Shown: piece by piece, positions 9,626-18,104 of the stretch
How positions within the stretch are numbered: the stretch's first letter is position 1
How the letters are laid out: each line of letters opens with the position of its first letter
Origin: a virus
Taxonomy: Duplodnaviria > Caudoviricetes
Reading direction: 5' to 3' (one strand)
IMG/VR virus record: IMGVR_UViG_3300028603_000021
Location: 1 to 64,000 of that record
Length of the DNA stretch: 64,000 nt
The notes under the pieces: model-generated
The model's input: the letters and a program-made list of their open reading frames with translations, nothing else
The model's database searches: none
What the model was told of the DNA's origin: nothing
Made by a program: the position numbers and the translations under genes

Positions 9626-9835
9626 TCAAGCACGCTCTACAGCGCAGCTGTACACTAGCCATCCCGTAAGGTCAGAAAGCTTGTCCAGCACGCAATCTAC
9701 CTCGTAGTCGCTAAGCCCGTCGCTAAGCTCGTCGGTAAGGTCAGACACCTCAACCTCAAGACCAAGTAGCTCGGTGGGAAGCTCAACATCCTCGCCGTCA
9801 GTTTCCCATTCGATGTTAGTAACGTTGTACAGCAT
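9626..9835 (-). CDS. acidic hypothetical protein (paralog of 2815-3048)
   Basis: Start MLYNVT after AGGAGG. Confidence 0.8.
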   Translation of the reverse strand: MLYNVTNIEWETDGEDVELPTELLGLEVEVSDLTDELSDGLSDYEVDCVLDKLSDLTGWLVYSCAVERA

Positions 9836-9899
9836 GTTTCCTCCTAGATTCTTCATCAGGTCGTAGGACTTTGTAGCGTACTCTGCAAACCGCATGGTC

Positions 9900-10094
9900 C
9901 TATTCATTGTAAAACTCTGTCTCCAATACAAGTTCCGTCGCTTGTTCCGACAAGTCAAGCAGCAAATCTCCAACGTAGTCTGCGAAGTCACGCGCCCCGC
10001 TCGGAGGTGGGGGTAGCTCTACCTTCTGCAACTTGCTACGCGCCTCCTCTAGGATGTCCAGCACCTTCTCCAACGCCCAGATGTCACTCTTCAT
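9900..10094 (-). CDS. hypothetical protein
   Basis: Start MKSDIW after AGGAGG; ATGA overlap. Confidence 0.7.
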   Translation of the reverse strand: MKSDIWALEKVLDILEEARSKLQKVELPPPPSGARDFADYVGDLLLDLSEQATELVLETEFYNE

Positions 10095-10402
10095 GCTACC
10101 TCCTCCTGTCCAGCATCTCGGGACGTGGGACGTGACGTACCTATCGCCCACTCCATGAGTGCATTGAACTCTTCCACCGAAGCGTCATAGGTTGGATATC
10201 TGCCGTTTATGGCGTAGTCTACCAGGTTTCCGTAAGAGTCGAACTCTGCCCGGAGTCGCTTACCCCCGAGTCGTGACAGCGGCCACCTTCCCGTTCCGTA
10301 CTCTCCACTTGCCCATCTGTACGTCACGTTCGCACTAATCCAGACCGTAGTGTAATCGTTGGTCTGCTTTACCCGTACTCCTTGGCGCTTCTTCATGCTC
10401 AT
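10091..10402 (-). CDS. hypothetical protein
   Basis: AGGAGGCAGGACATG RBS; promoter upstream. Confidence 0.75.
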   Translation of the reverse strand: MSMKKRQGVRVKQTNDYTTVWISANVTYRWASGEYGTGRWPLSRLGGKRLRAEFDSYGNLVDYAINGRYPTYDASVEEFNALMEWAIGTSRPTSRDAGQEEVA

Positions 10403-10480
10403 GTCCTGCCTCCTGAACTAAGTATAGCAACACCCCGGCTGCCTGTCAACCGGGGTTTTGCGGAGCTTTCAGGCGGTGGT

Positions 10481-10939
10481 TTAGTAGTTCTGGCGGAACC
10501 TTACCACCGACCCGCACTTCGTGCAGACGTGGATGTGCTTAGGTTTACGAGACATGTGCCTGACAACCTTCTGGCACGTAGGGCAGTAGACATCGTACTT
10601 GAAGGTGATGCCCGACACGTCTATGCCGTGTGCCAGCCTCTCCGGGTTAGCTCCTACCTCTCGGCACGCTGCCTTCCACACGTGGTTATGCCCGTGCTTT
10701 ACACCAACCTTGAGGTGAGCAATCTCGTGAAGGATGGTGTCGAGAATCTCGTTCTCAGGCAGAACTTTGAGGAAGTGCTTAGACAAGAGGAGCTGACCCT
10801 TGTTTGGGATATAGGTGTACTGTTTGGCTGTACCTAGAGCCTTCTTAGAACGGGAAAGCTTCACCTCTATTTCCATGTGGGGAAGGTGCTCAGCTACCAG
10901 GAACCGCGCCGTCTTGAGTGCCTTCTCGACTTTGTTCAT
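10481..10939 (-). CDS. SprT-like zinc metalloprotease
   Basis: DTILHEIAH, HGH..WK, C-terminal CxxC..CxxC. Confidence 0.85.
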   Translation of the reverse strand: MNKVEKALKTARFLVAEHLPHMEIEVKLSRSKKALGTAKQYTYIPNKGQLLLSKHFLKVLPENEILDTILHEIAHLKVGVKHGHNHVWKAACREVGANPERLAHGIDVSGITFKYDVYCPTCQKVVRHMSRKPKHIHVCTKCGSVVRFRQNY

Positions 10940-10970
10940 GAGTCCAGAATACCCTACCTTCCGCTGTGTG

Positions 10971-11300
10971 TCAATCTATGTCTTGGTAGGCCACCTTGGT
11001 TACAGTCGCTTCGGGGAAAAACCCCTGGAGGAGCTTCTGTGTCATGTGCCCCATGACGAGCTTATCATAGACTATAATTTCTTTCTTCGGCGGGGAGATA
11101 GGAGGGTTACCCTTCAGCTCTTGGTAAAATCCCTCGCCCACAAAGACTCCCTCGTAGACATGCCAGTCGCGGTCGTTGAAGTCGGTAGAGAAGTCACCGA
11201 TGTCTCCCCACCGTCTTTTCGCCGCCATAGCTATACGTGCCATATGAGATGTGTCTCTATCTAGAATCAGAACTCTCATGATAGTCGGTTTGTCGCTCAT
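10971..11300 (-). CDS. hypothetical protein
   Basis: GGAGG RBS; ATGA overlap. Confidence 0.7.
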   Translation of the reverse strand: MSDKPTIMRVLILDRDTSHMARIAMAAKRRWGDIGDFSTDFNDRDWHVYEGVFVGEGFYQELKGNPPISPPKKEIIVYDKLVMGHMTQKLLQGFFPEATVTKVAYQDID

Positions 11301-11980
11301 CTTACCTCCGCTATGAAATAATCACGGATGACCTTCTTCAGTACCGTTCCATCAGGGAACGTAGTTATATCTGCTTTGTCTACCTCTGCAATGAGCTTAT
11401 CAGCTAAGGGGACAACCTCAGACACGGGAAGAGACCCGCTCCTCACAGTCCGAAGGAACCCGCGCTCGTGCTCTTGCAGGTAGTGGTAGCTGCCGGTTTC
11501 TAGGATGCCCTTCAAGGTGATGACCAAGCGGAAGAAGTGCATCATGTACTTCGGGTCGTAGCCTAGCGTCTCGTGTTCGGGTCTCACACCGTGCTTGCTG
11601 CTCTGCTTGTAGCCGCGCTGCCTCTGGTTGTACAGGTACCCTAGGTAAGAGCTTAGAGTCAGCTGCGTGACCGCATGGGGCTGAGTTACTGCTACCAGGT
11701 TAGCCACGAAGGTGTCACTCTGTAGGGGTTTGTGGTTGAGAAGGTCGAGCACGTTAGGGTTGCCTACAGCGATCAGCTTGGCAAACTTCGAAGCCGTATG
11801 TAGAACGTTCTGGTCTCTTGTGTAGGTATCGTCAGAGCTTGTGAGTGGGTCAACAATCTTCTCGCGGCTGTAAGAAACACCTACGTAGTCGTAGTCAGAC
11901 TCGGGCGTCTCCAAGCCGTAAAGTCTGGAGCCTACGCCCCAGACTTGAGCACCCTTGTAAAACTCTTCGTCTACAGCCAC
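11297..11980 (-). CDS. Pol-beta superfamily nucleotidyltransferase (YcgL-like)
   Basis: GSRLYGL.TP.SDYD..GV; GNPN..; GYD.K.MMH..RL. Confidence 0.85.
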   Translation of the reverse strand: MAVDEEFYKGAQVWGVGSRLYGLETPESDYDYVGVSYSREKIVDPLTSSDDTYTRDQNVLHTASKFAKLIAVGNPNVLDLLNHKPLQSDTFVANLVAVTQPHAVTQLTLSSYLGYLYNQRQRGYKQSSKHGVRPEHETLGYDPKYMMHFFRLVITLKGILETGSYHYLQEHERGFLRTVRSGSLPVSEVVPLADKLIAEVDKADITTFPDGTVLKKVIRDYFIAEVR

Positions 11981-12107
11981 TCAGCCATATCCTTCCTGAG
12001 CTTTTCCTTGTTCTTACGAAGCCGCTTGTCCTTATTAGGCTCGGTCTTACGTCCTTTGCCGTAGTCACGTCCTCGGTCTCGCGTTTCGATAATCTGCACT
12101 TTACCTT

Positions 12108-12311
12108 TCATGTCTCAATCCTTCCGGCAATCACCAGGTAAATCATCACACCCAGGAGAGCCCAATCTACGAACATCGCTAGGTAGAGGCTGAAGAACAG
12201 CCCCAGAAACATCCCGAACAGCACCATGACTACTGCTATGAGAAGTGGAGCTAGAGTCCCAATTCTCAGACATGCAACAACAGTCAAGACAATCTGCGCT
12301 ACTAGCAACAT
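12108..12311 (-). CDS. small membrane protein
   Basis: Hydrophobic; AGGAG RBS. Confidence 0.6.
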   Translation of the reverse strand: MLLVAQIVLTVVACLRIGTLAPLLIAVVMVLFGMFLGLFFSLYLAMFVDWALLGVMIYLVIAGRIET

Positions 12312-12502
12312 TCGTTCTCCTCTTCCTCTTCTTCACGCCGACGCTCGTACTCGTCGTCAACGTAGTAGTCGTCTAGCGCCCTACGATAGGAACGGCGAGG
12401 GTAGCGAAAGTCTTCGTACTCATCGGGCGTCATAGTCTTCCAGGTATCGTAGTCCATGGTATTGCCTCCTAAGGAACATCTTACCAGAGATTTAACGCTG
12501 TG

Positions 12503-12817
12503 TCAACTAGACGCCCATCCGAAGAACGCCCATCCGTCGAAGCCCTTGTCTACTACTCGGATAGCCCCAGCTGCTCCCCACTTGGTGATGCGAGGGTCGT
12601 CGCTGTCTATGATAGCGTATGCTTTCTTCCAAGCCTCTTCGACAGCGTGGGGCGTGTCTTCGACTACCAGATAGGTACCCTTCTCGGCAATCGTCCCGGT
12701 GTAGCCAGCGTGCCCGTAGTCCCACTGTGCCTTCTTCACTGCGGAGCGGAAAGCCTCCTCAACGTCTTTGTTATTCTCTTTGGTGAAGAATACCTCAGCG
12801 CCCATCTTCGTCCTCAT
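12503..12817 (-). CDS. hypothetical phage protein
   Basis: YGH.GYTGTIAEK..KWG.AGAI..FFGWASS motif. Confidence 0.8.
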   Translation of the reverse strand: MRTKMGAEVFFTKENNKDVEEAFRSAVKKAQWDYGHAGYTGTIAEKGTYLVVEDTPHAVEEAWKKAYAIIDSDDPRITKWGAAGAIRVVDKGFDGWAFFGWASS

Positions 12818-13076
12818 AAGTTACAAACGCCTCTAGGAAGAGCCCGTCTATGGCTTGCCCTGCCGAGCACGAAGGGCTCCCACGGAAAAGTACACCATCG
12901 GGAAGGATAATCTCCCTCCCATAGTCGTTGTCGTTGGCGGCTTCGATAGCAGCCAATGCTACAGGTACCATCTGTGGCGGGATAGGCGGGTAGCAGTTAC
13001 CTGAAAAGTGCCACCGAACAGCCTGTTCCATATCACCGCTTGCTTCCAGCATACCGATTGCAGACATCCTACCCAT
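12795..13076 (-). CDS. hypothetical phage protein
   Basis: WH..N.YPPIP motif; GGAGG RBS. Confidence 0.75.
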   Translation of the reverse strand: MGRMSAIGMLEASGDMEQAVRWHFSGNCYPPIPPQMVPVALAAIEAANDNDYGREIILPDGVLFRGSPSCSAGQAIDGLFLEAFVTYEDEDGR

Positions 13077-13237
13077 CGTATACCTCCACGTCGTAGCTTT
13101 CTCCCCCTTGGACAAGGACACTATACACCGCCTCAGTCAGCTTGTCCAGCAGGTCATCAACATCTTCGGACGCGACTATCTCTACTAGGAACTTCCGTTC
13201 ACTCATGTCCTACCTCCTGAGAAAAGTATACCCCCGA

Positions 13238-13582
13238 TCACTCGGGGGTGTCAAGGAATATCGCTATCCCTTTGGCTACGTCCCAGATAGCCTTCTGGCC
13301 GCGTTCTCTGCCAGCCTTGATAGCGTCACGCTTGCGAGTGAAGTGCTCGCTAGCATCTAAGTAGACACACCCGTCGTCTACCCACGCCCCCAAGAGCTTG
13401 TCGTGCGGAACCGTGGCCGTGTACAAGCTCAGCCTGTCTTCGGTAAGGTCTTCGAGGGCGTAGACTCGCTCGCGCCCCGGCATAGAGACGAAATACCCTC
13501 TCTTGGGGAGTTCCTTCCCGTCCAAGTCTACGGTGAATCCGCCGTTCTCTCTGATAGCTTCTAACATCTCTTGTATAGTCAT
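13238..13582 (-). CDS. hypothetical phage protein
   Basis: GGFT..GY.VS..LG.W..YLD.S..Q.AIWD motif; RBS. Confidence 0.8.
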   Translation of the reverse strand: MTIQEMLEAIRENGGFTVDLDGKELPKRGYFVSMPGRERVYALEDLTEDRLSLYTATVPHDKLLGAWVDDGCVYLDASEHFTRKRDAIKAGRERGQKAIWDVAKGIAIFLDTPE

Positions 13583-13648
13583 GTCCTGCCTCCTTAAGAA
13601 CAGCTTACCCTAGTGGGGGCATTGTGTCAACCTCGATGTAACGGATAT

Positions 13649-13831
13649 CTAAGAATCCTCATCGTCGTCCCACTCGTACTCATCAGTAACGTCTTCTACC
13701 TCGAAGTCCGTATCATCGGTCTCCCAGATGTCGTCCTCTGCGTACCAACCGATGTCTAAGGCTTCATCTTCATTGATAGCATCGACAACAGCCGACAAGC
13801 TTATAGTCTTCCTCACCAGAAACTTAGGCAT
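13649..13831 (-). CDS. small acidic protein
   Basis: ORF track. Confidence 0.7.
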   Translation of the reverse strand: MPKFLVRKTISLSAVVDAINEDEALDIGWYAEDDIWETDDTDFEVEDVTDEYEWDDDEDS

Positions 13832-13879
13832 AACCCTACCCCCTTAGTAGGAGGGCACCCTTCCGGGTGCCCCTGTTCC

Positions 13880-14113
13880 TCAGACCGTGCGGTCTAGCTC
13901 GACCGCTCCGACAATCCGCTCCAAGATGACGCTACGAGGAGCGCCGCCGTGGAAGGTATCCAAGATGACTGCATGGGTATCAGTCACGCTGTCTACCGTG
14001 CCGACACGGGGTACTAGGTTGCCGGTACCCTTCGTGTTGTAGACGAAGCGTACAAGACGCTCCTGTGCCTTCGCGTTGCGAAGCTGGAAGAGGTTTACCT
14101 TTGCCTGCGTCAT
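13880..14113 (-). CDS. hypothetical protein (possible WYL/SH3-like fold)
   Basis: VRFVY..R.G.V..D...PRS..ERI pattern. Confidence 0.6.
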   Translation of the reverse strand: MTQAKVNLFQLRNAKAQERLVRFVYNTKGTGNLVPRVGTVDSVTDTHAVILDTFHGGAPRSVILERIVGAVELDRTV

Positions 14114-14180
14114 ATCCTTCTCCTTTCCCTAGCCGGGAATCTCCAGGGGCGATCTGCCCTCTGTTCCTGTATCTTACACC

Positions 14181-14528
14181 CTAGGCTACCAGGGTGTCAA
14201 GAGGTACCTTGCGCTTAGCGAAGAGGCTGAGCTTGTCAAGGTAGGTTTCCATGTACTGGTCGCCGTTCAGGACGACTGCCTTGTTGCCTTCCACCGAGGC
14301 AAGCTTCACGGGAGTAGCCCACCGAGCATCGAACGCCGTGTGCATCACGTAGTCGCCTACCTTGGGGATACCAGGGACGAAGTACTTCTCCGTGGTGTAG
14401 GGTTCTTCCTTCTTTTCCGGGGGCTTTTTGAATCCCTCACGGCAAGGCTTGCAGCTCTTGGGTGGACGGCCACGGCCGCCTTGGACGTGCTCAAACTCGG
14501 CTCCACAAGTGATACAAACTTTAATCAT
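14181..14528 (-). CDS. zinc-ribbon protein
   Basis: CxxCG..GRPPKxCxxC; RBS motif. Confidence 0.75.
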   Translation of the reverse strand: MIKVCITCGAEFEHVQGGRGRPPKSCKPCREGFKKPPEKKEEPYTTEKYFVPGIPKVGDYVMHTAFDARWATPVKLASVEGNKAVVLNGDQYMETYLDKLSLFAKRKVPLDTLVA

Positions 14529-14570
14529 GTCCTACCTCCTGGATCAGTGTACCCCTGAAGGGGGTGGGTG

Positions 14571-14732
14571 TCAACCCCACCCCACCATATCCTTTCGAGC
14601 ATCCTCTTCCGGGTCACGACCACCGGCTTCCCAAGAGGCTTCAGCCGCGTCTAGGGCGTAGAGGCGGTCGCCCTTGCTACCCATAGCGACTATGTACTCG
14701 ACGAAGGCTTCGATGTATTCTTCCTTAGTCAT
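14571..14732 (-). CDS. hypothetical protein
   Basis: Start MTKEEY after GGAGG. Confidence 0.65.
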   Translation of the reverse strand: MTKEEYIEAFVEYIVAMGSKGDRLYALDAAEASWEAGGRDPEEDARKDMVGWG

Positions 14733-15090
14733 AGCCCCCTCCCTTGCAGTTAACACAGCTGACCACGGGGCGGCCTGCAAGACCACAGCGTATGTGGTAG
14801 ATGTACTCCTGCTTGTCTGTGACGGGTACAATACCCACACTAAGGAAGTCCAAGGGGTTGTCTTTCGGAGTCTTGCTGTTGTTGAACTCCCCCGCCATGA
14901 AAACAAGGAACTTAGCCGAAAGGTAAACAGCATCATCGAACCGAGTGTCCCGGGTCTGGCTTTCTACCGTGTCGAAGAACCTCTCGAACAGGGGGAGCAT
15001 GTTGCTCGGATACCCGTCCCAGTGGGTGTATACGGCGGCGACCGTCTTGCCATTCTCGTCTGAGAATCGTGTGACTGCATTCGTGCTCAT
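14725..15090 (-). CDS. hypothetical phage protein (Y.HWDGYP type)
   Basis: MST..YTHWDGYP..EYIY motif; RBS motif. Confidence 0.8.
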   Translation of the reverse strand: MSTNAVTRFSDENGKTVAAVYTHWDGYPSNMLPLFERFFDTVESQTRDTRFDDAVYLSAKFLVFMAGEFNNSKTPKDNPLDFLSVGIVPVTDKQEYIYHIRCGLAGRPVVSCVNCKGGGYD

Positions 15091-15142
15091 GTCCTACCTC
15101 CTAGGAACAAACATATCACAGCAGTTTAGGGCTGTCAAGCGT

Positions 15143-15218
15143 TGGTGGGCACTCTGGGAATCGGACCCAGGACTTGCTTTTTATGAGAAAGCTGTTCTGC
15201 CACTGAACTAAGTGCCCC
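15143..15218 (-). tRNA. tRNA-CAU (Ile2 or Met)
   Basis: Cloverleaf, CT-CAT-AA loop, CCA. Confidence 0.85.
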
Positions 15219-15220
15219 TA

Positions 15221-15475
15221 CTTAAGTTCTTTCCAGCCCGTCGCCATGTCACAACTATACCGAAAGCGGTAGAATTGTGACAAGATCGAGGAGTGGCGTA
15301 CGGGGCAAGATGGCTACGTGCCCGCTCCCAGCGCTCCACGAACCGACATAGGGCTTCTAGCCACCGGCTGCGGGATAAGAAACCCTCGTGAGAGGCCGAT
15401 TCTCTTCACCCTTCAACATGGAAAGCTTGTGGCTTCGAACTTATAATCAGGGAGCACAAGTTCCCGTCTGCCCCA
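15221..15475 (-). ncRNA. unassigned structured RNA
   Basis: ORF-free; nested long-range stems. Confidence 0.5.
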
Positions 15476-15665
15476 TTTGTACCGCGCCGTAGACATAGCT
15501 CATGTTCCTAGAACCGTTCTATCGGTATCAGGTGGACACCGTGGCGTGGTAGCAGTTGCTACCTGTGAGCACGCCACGATGTTACCAGAAGGAATGAAAA
15601 CAGGTACTAGCCTTGCGACAATGACGCTAGCCAACAGTATCACAGCAATACCAACAAGCGTGGTT

Positions 15666-15992
15666 TTATACCTCTGCACTACCCACCCCCAGAAAAAGGG
15701 CAATCCCCTTGACGGAAATCATAGTAAGGTCGTTGATGTCCGTAGTGTTACCCTCGGCATCTGCGAAACCGGTGACGACAGCATCACCCACAAGGTGCTG
15801 CTTAGCATATAAGCTAGCGACGGGGTTGTAAGGAAGACCGACCAGAAGACCCTCGTCGTTGACGAAGACGTTACCCTCAAGGCCAGCTACGTCGAAAAGT
15901 CCCCCTACAACAGCTTGGATATCAGTGTAGTCGTTGATAGCGATTTCTTCTACAACCCCGTCAGTAGTAACCTTCAGCGCTTTAGTCCCCAT
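15666..15992 (-). CDS. DUF3846-like protein
   Basis: IQ.VVGG..FVNDEGL..LP.N..AS..LVGDAV.TG. Confidence 0.8.
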   Translation of the reverse strand: MGTKALKVTTDGVVEEIAINDYTDIQAVVGGLFDVAGLEGNVFVNDEGLLVGLPYNPVASLYAKQHLVGDAVVTGFADAEGNTTDINDLTMISVKGIALFLGVGSAEV

Positions 15993-16281
15993 AGTTCACC
16001 TCCGGAAAGCTCTCGGCAATCATCCCTACGATGTACTCTGCCTGGTCTTCTACCTCACCGTAGCCTGCGTCGGTGAAACCATCGGTCTCGATAACCTTAT
16101 CACCATCTCGAACGTCAACTGAATAGAAGAAAGGATACTCCCAGTCGTCTTCTCCGTTGTCGGAATCCCCCCACCACGCCTCGACAACCATGTAACGGGT
16201 GCCCTCGAAAAGCTCTTCGAGAAGCTGGCTAACACGAGTAGCAATCTGAGATGCTCTGGTTTCAAGCTCACCGTCTGTCAT
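15982..16281 (-). CDS. acidic hypothetical protein
   Basis: AAGGAGG RBS; promoter. Confidence 0.75.
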   Translation of the reverse strand: MTDGELETRASQIATRVSQLLEELFEGTRYMVVEAWWGDSDNGEDDWEYPFFYSVDVRDGDKVIETDGFTDAGYGEVEDQAEYIVGMIAESFPEVNYGD

Positions 16282-16363
16282 GTTCTACCTCCTTGTGAAC
16301 TAAGATTACCTCTTCAGAAGCCGCCTGTCAAGACCCTACAAGATGTAGCCGCATACACGTCCA

Positions 16364-16570
16364 TCAGTACCCCATCCTTCTCGCTTCGTTCAGGTAGTCA
16401 TCATAGTCTAGGTTGTACCACTGTGCAACATCCTCGGAGTTCCACTGGTTCTCACAGACGCAGCACCTGTGGTTGGTGGTCAGCCTGTCTCCCCAGCTAG
16501 ACTCTGATTGTGTGGAGCCACATGAGGGGCAGCGGCTACCTACGAACTCTGGCATGTGCTCAAATGTCAT
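16364..16570 (-). CDS. small zinc-ribbon protein
   Basis: CPSCG..CxxC; AAGGAGG RBS. Confidence 0.7.
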   Translation of the reverse strand: MTFEHMPEFVGSRCPSCGSTQSESSWGDRLTTNHRCCVCENQWNSEDVAQWYNLDYDDYLNEARRMGY

Positions 16571-16641
16571 CTCTGCCTCCTTGACTTCAATATATATATA
16601 TATATATCAAAAGCCCTCCTGGTTGTCAAGAGGGCTAAGTT

Positions 16642-16717
16642 TGGAGACCCCGGCAGGATTCGAACCCGCGACAAGGAAGGTAGAAGCTTCCCACTCTGTC
16701 CACTGAGTTACGGAGTC
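16642..16717 (-). tRNA. tRNA-Arg(UCU)
   Basis: Cloverleaf, CT-TCT-AC, CCA. Confidence 0.9.
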
Positions 16718-16721
16718 ATTT

Positions 16722-16798
16722 TGGTGGCTTCGGAAGGAATCGAACCTTCAACATTCTCCTTAAGAGGGAGCTACTCTGCCTGATTGAGTTACGAAACC
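16722..16798 (-). tRNA. tRNA-Lys(CUU)
   Basis: Cloverleaf, CT-CTT-AA, CCA. Confidence 0.9.
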
Positions 16799-16801
16799 AT
16801 G

Positions 16802-16878
16802 TGGTGACCCAGCCAGAACTTGAATCTGGAACCTACACCTTAGGAGGGTGTCGCTCTGTCCATTTGAGCTACTAGGTC
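16802..16878 (-). tRNA. tRNA-Arg(CCU)
   Basis: Cloverleaf, CT-CCT-AA, CCA. Confidence 0.9.
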
Positions 16879-16879
16879 A

Positions 16880-16956
16880 TGGGGACTCCGGCAAGACTTA
16901 AACTCGCAACCTTCCGGTTCGTAGCCGGACGCTCTGTTCAGTTGAGCTACGGAGTC
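16880..16956 (-). tRNA. tRNA-Arg(ACG)
   Basis: Cloverleaf, CT-ACG-AA, CCA. Confidence 0.9.
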
Positions 16957-16959
16957 ATA

Positions 16960-17030
16960 CTAGCCCTGAAGGATTTGAACCCTCACCGATGGACTTGGAA
17001 ACCATAATGCTACCGTTACACCAAGGGCTA
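16960..17030 (-). tRNA. tRNA-Trp(CCA), no encoded CCA end
   Basis: Cloverleaf, TT-CCA-AG loop, U31:U39. Confidence 0.8.
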
Positions 17031-17033
17031 ACG

Positions 17034-17108
17034 TGGTAGCCGATGAGGGATTCAAACCCCCGACCCTCCCGGTGTAAACGGGACGCTCTATCACTGAGCT
17101 AATCGGCC
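17034..17108 (-). tRNA. tRNA-Val(UAC)
   Basis: Cloverleaf, TT-TAC-AC, CCA. Confidence 0.9.
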
Positions 17109-17231
17109 ATGCTCTAGTCTACTTCCTTCTAACTTGATTGTCAAGACTCTACTGCACCGAACTTCTCTTCGCGTCCGTCCTGGTAAGTGAAGAAGCCCCC
17201 AGAGTTGTTCTGGTGGTACCCGTAAAACACC

Positions 17232-17600
17232 TTAACGCTCCCTTCGGTACTTTGCTACAGTCTCCTTGTCGAACTTGTATTCTCTGTCTAGTGACTGTAT
17301 CGTGTAGGGCGTCACACCCAAGTTGGCCTCTACCCACATGTTATCTCCGACGCGGCGCAGCGTTAGCCGGACGCCTTGGGACGTGGTTAGTACAGCAATG
17401 TCACAGCCGTCTAGAATCTCCGAGATGGTAAGCTCTGGGAACTTCTCTAGGATATCTAGAGACTCCCATGCTCCTTGTCCCCAGTACTCGCACACGGTGT
17501 CTTCGTCTACTTTCAGCGTCGAGCCTGTGAAGCTGAAGGCAGCGCCAGGGAGCTGCCTGACAGCGATAGTAGTAGAGTCACCGTTAGTCGGATTGATAGT
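17232..17600 (-). CDS. hypothetical protein, start unclear
   Basis: Protein-like frame downstream of tRNA-Gly; no clear start/RBS. Confidence 0.45.
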   Translation of the reverse strand, partial: TINPTNGDSTTIAVRQLPGAAFSFTGSTLKVDEDTVCEYWGQGAWESLDILEKFPELTISEILDGCDIAVLTTSQGVRLTLRRVGDNMWVEANLGVTPYTIQSLDREYKFDKETVAKYRRER

Positions 17601-17674
17601 TGGAGAAAGCGGTGGGATTCGAACCCACACAGCCGGTTTGGAAGACCGGAACTCTACCCTTGAGCTACGCTTTC
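17601..17674 (-). tRNA. tRNA-Gly(UCC)
   Basis: Cloverleaf, CT-TCC-AA, CCA. Confidence 0.85.
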
Positions 17675-17682
17675 TTGTAATC

Positions 17683-17759
17683 TGGGGTCTGCGGCAGGAC
17701 TTGAACCTGCAATCTCCTGGTTCGTAGCCAGGTGCCTTAGTCCGTTTGGCCACGCAGAC
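17683..17759 (-). tRNA. tRNA-Arg(ACG), second copy
   Basis: Cloverleaf, CT-ACG-AA, CCA. Confidence 0.9.
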
Positions 17760-17925
17760 GTGAGAGTTTGTTGTACAGCGGCACTAAGACTTTGACCCAT
17801 GCACCCATAGTGATTGGGGTGTCGCACCAGTCGGTCTTGAGAAGCTCTATGAGAACATCTAGTTCCTCACGTGTCTCTACGGTGATAGTAACTGGCGTGA
17901 ACGTCCTTTTCGATTCTACCTTCAT
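17737..17925 (-). CDS. hypothetical protein, stop inside tRNA-Arg
   Basis: GGGAG RBS; TTGACA-17-TATAGT promoter. Confidence 0.7.
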   Translation of the reverse strand: MKVESKRTFTPVTITVETREELDVLIELLKTDWCDTPITMGAWVKVLVPLYNKLSRLRGQTD

Positions 17926-18030
17926 GGTGTCTCCCTTTCTTCTTAACTATAGCAGATGAATCGATCCCTGTCAACAACAAGAAATCCGGTTTTGGGGAGA
18001 CCGGAAACTCCATAAGGCACGTGCCTTCCC

Positions 18031-18099
18031 GTATTCAGCCAAGAATCGAACTTGGTTCTCCCCGCCTGGGGGTGTGTCACCCATCAACACTTCTGAATC
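18031..18099 (-). ncRNA. tRNA-like RNA with 5-nt anticodon loop
   Basis: Acceptor ATTCAG/CTGAAT, D arm GTGT/ACAC, T arm CCAAG-TTCGATT-CTTGG. Confidence 0.6.
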
Positions 18100-18104
18100 A
18101 TAAA

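Noticed and set aside
17601-17753. N-terminal extension of ORF 17232-17753 through two tRNAs
   Set aside because: The open frame across tRNA genes is most likely chance. The same applies to the extensions of track ORFs 28912-29871, 20638-20883 and 34880-35146.
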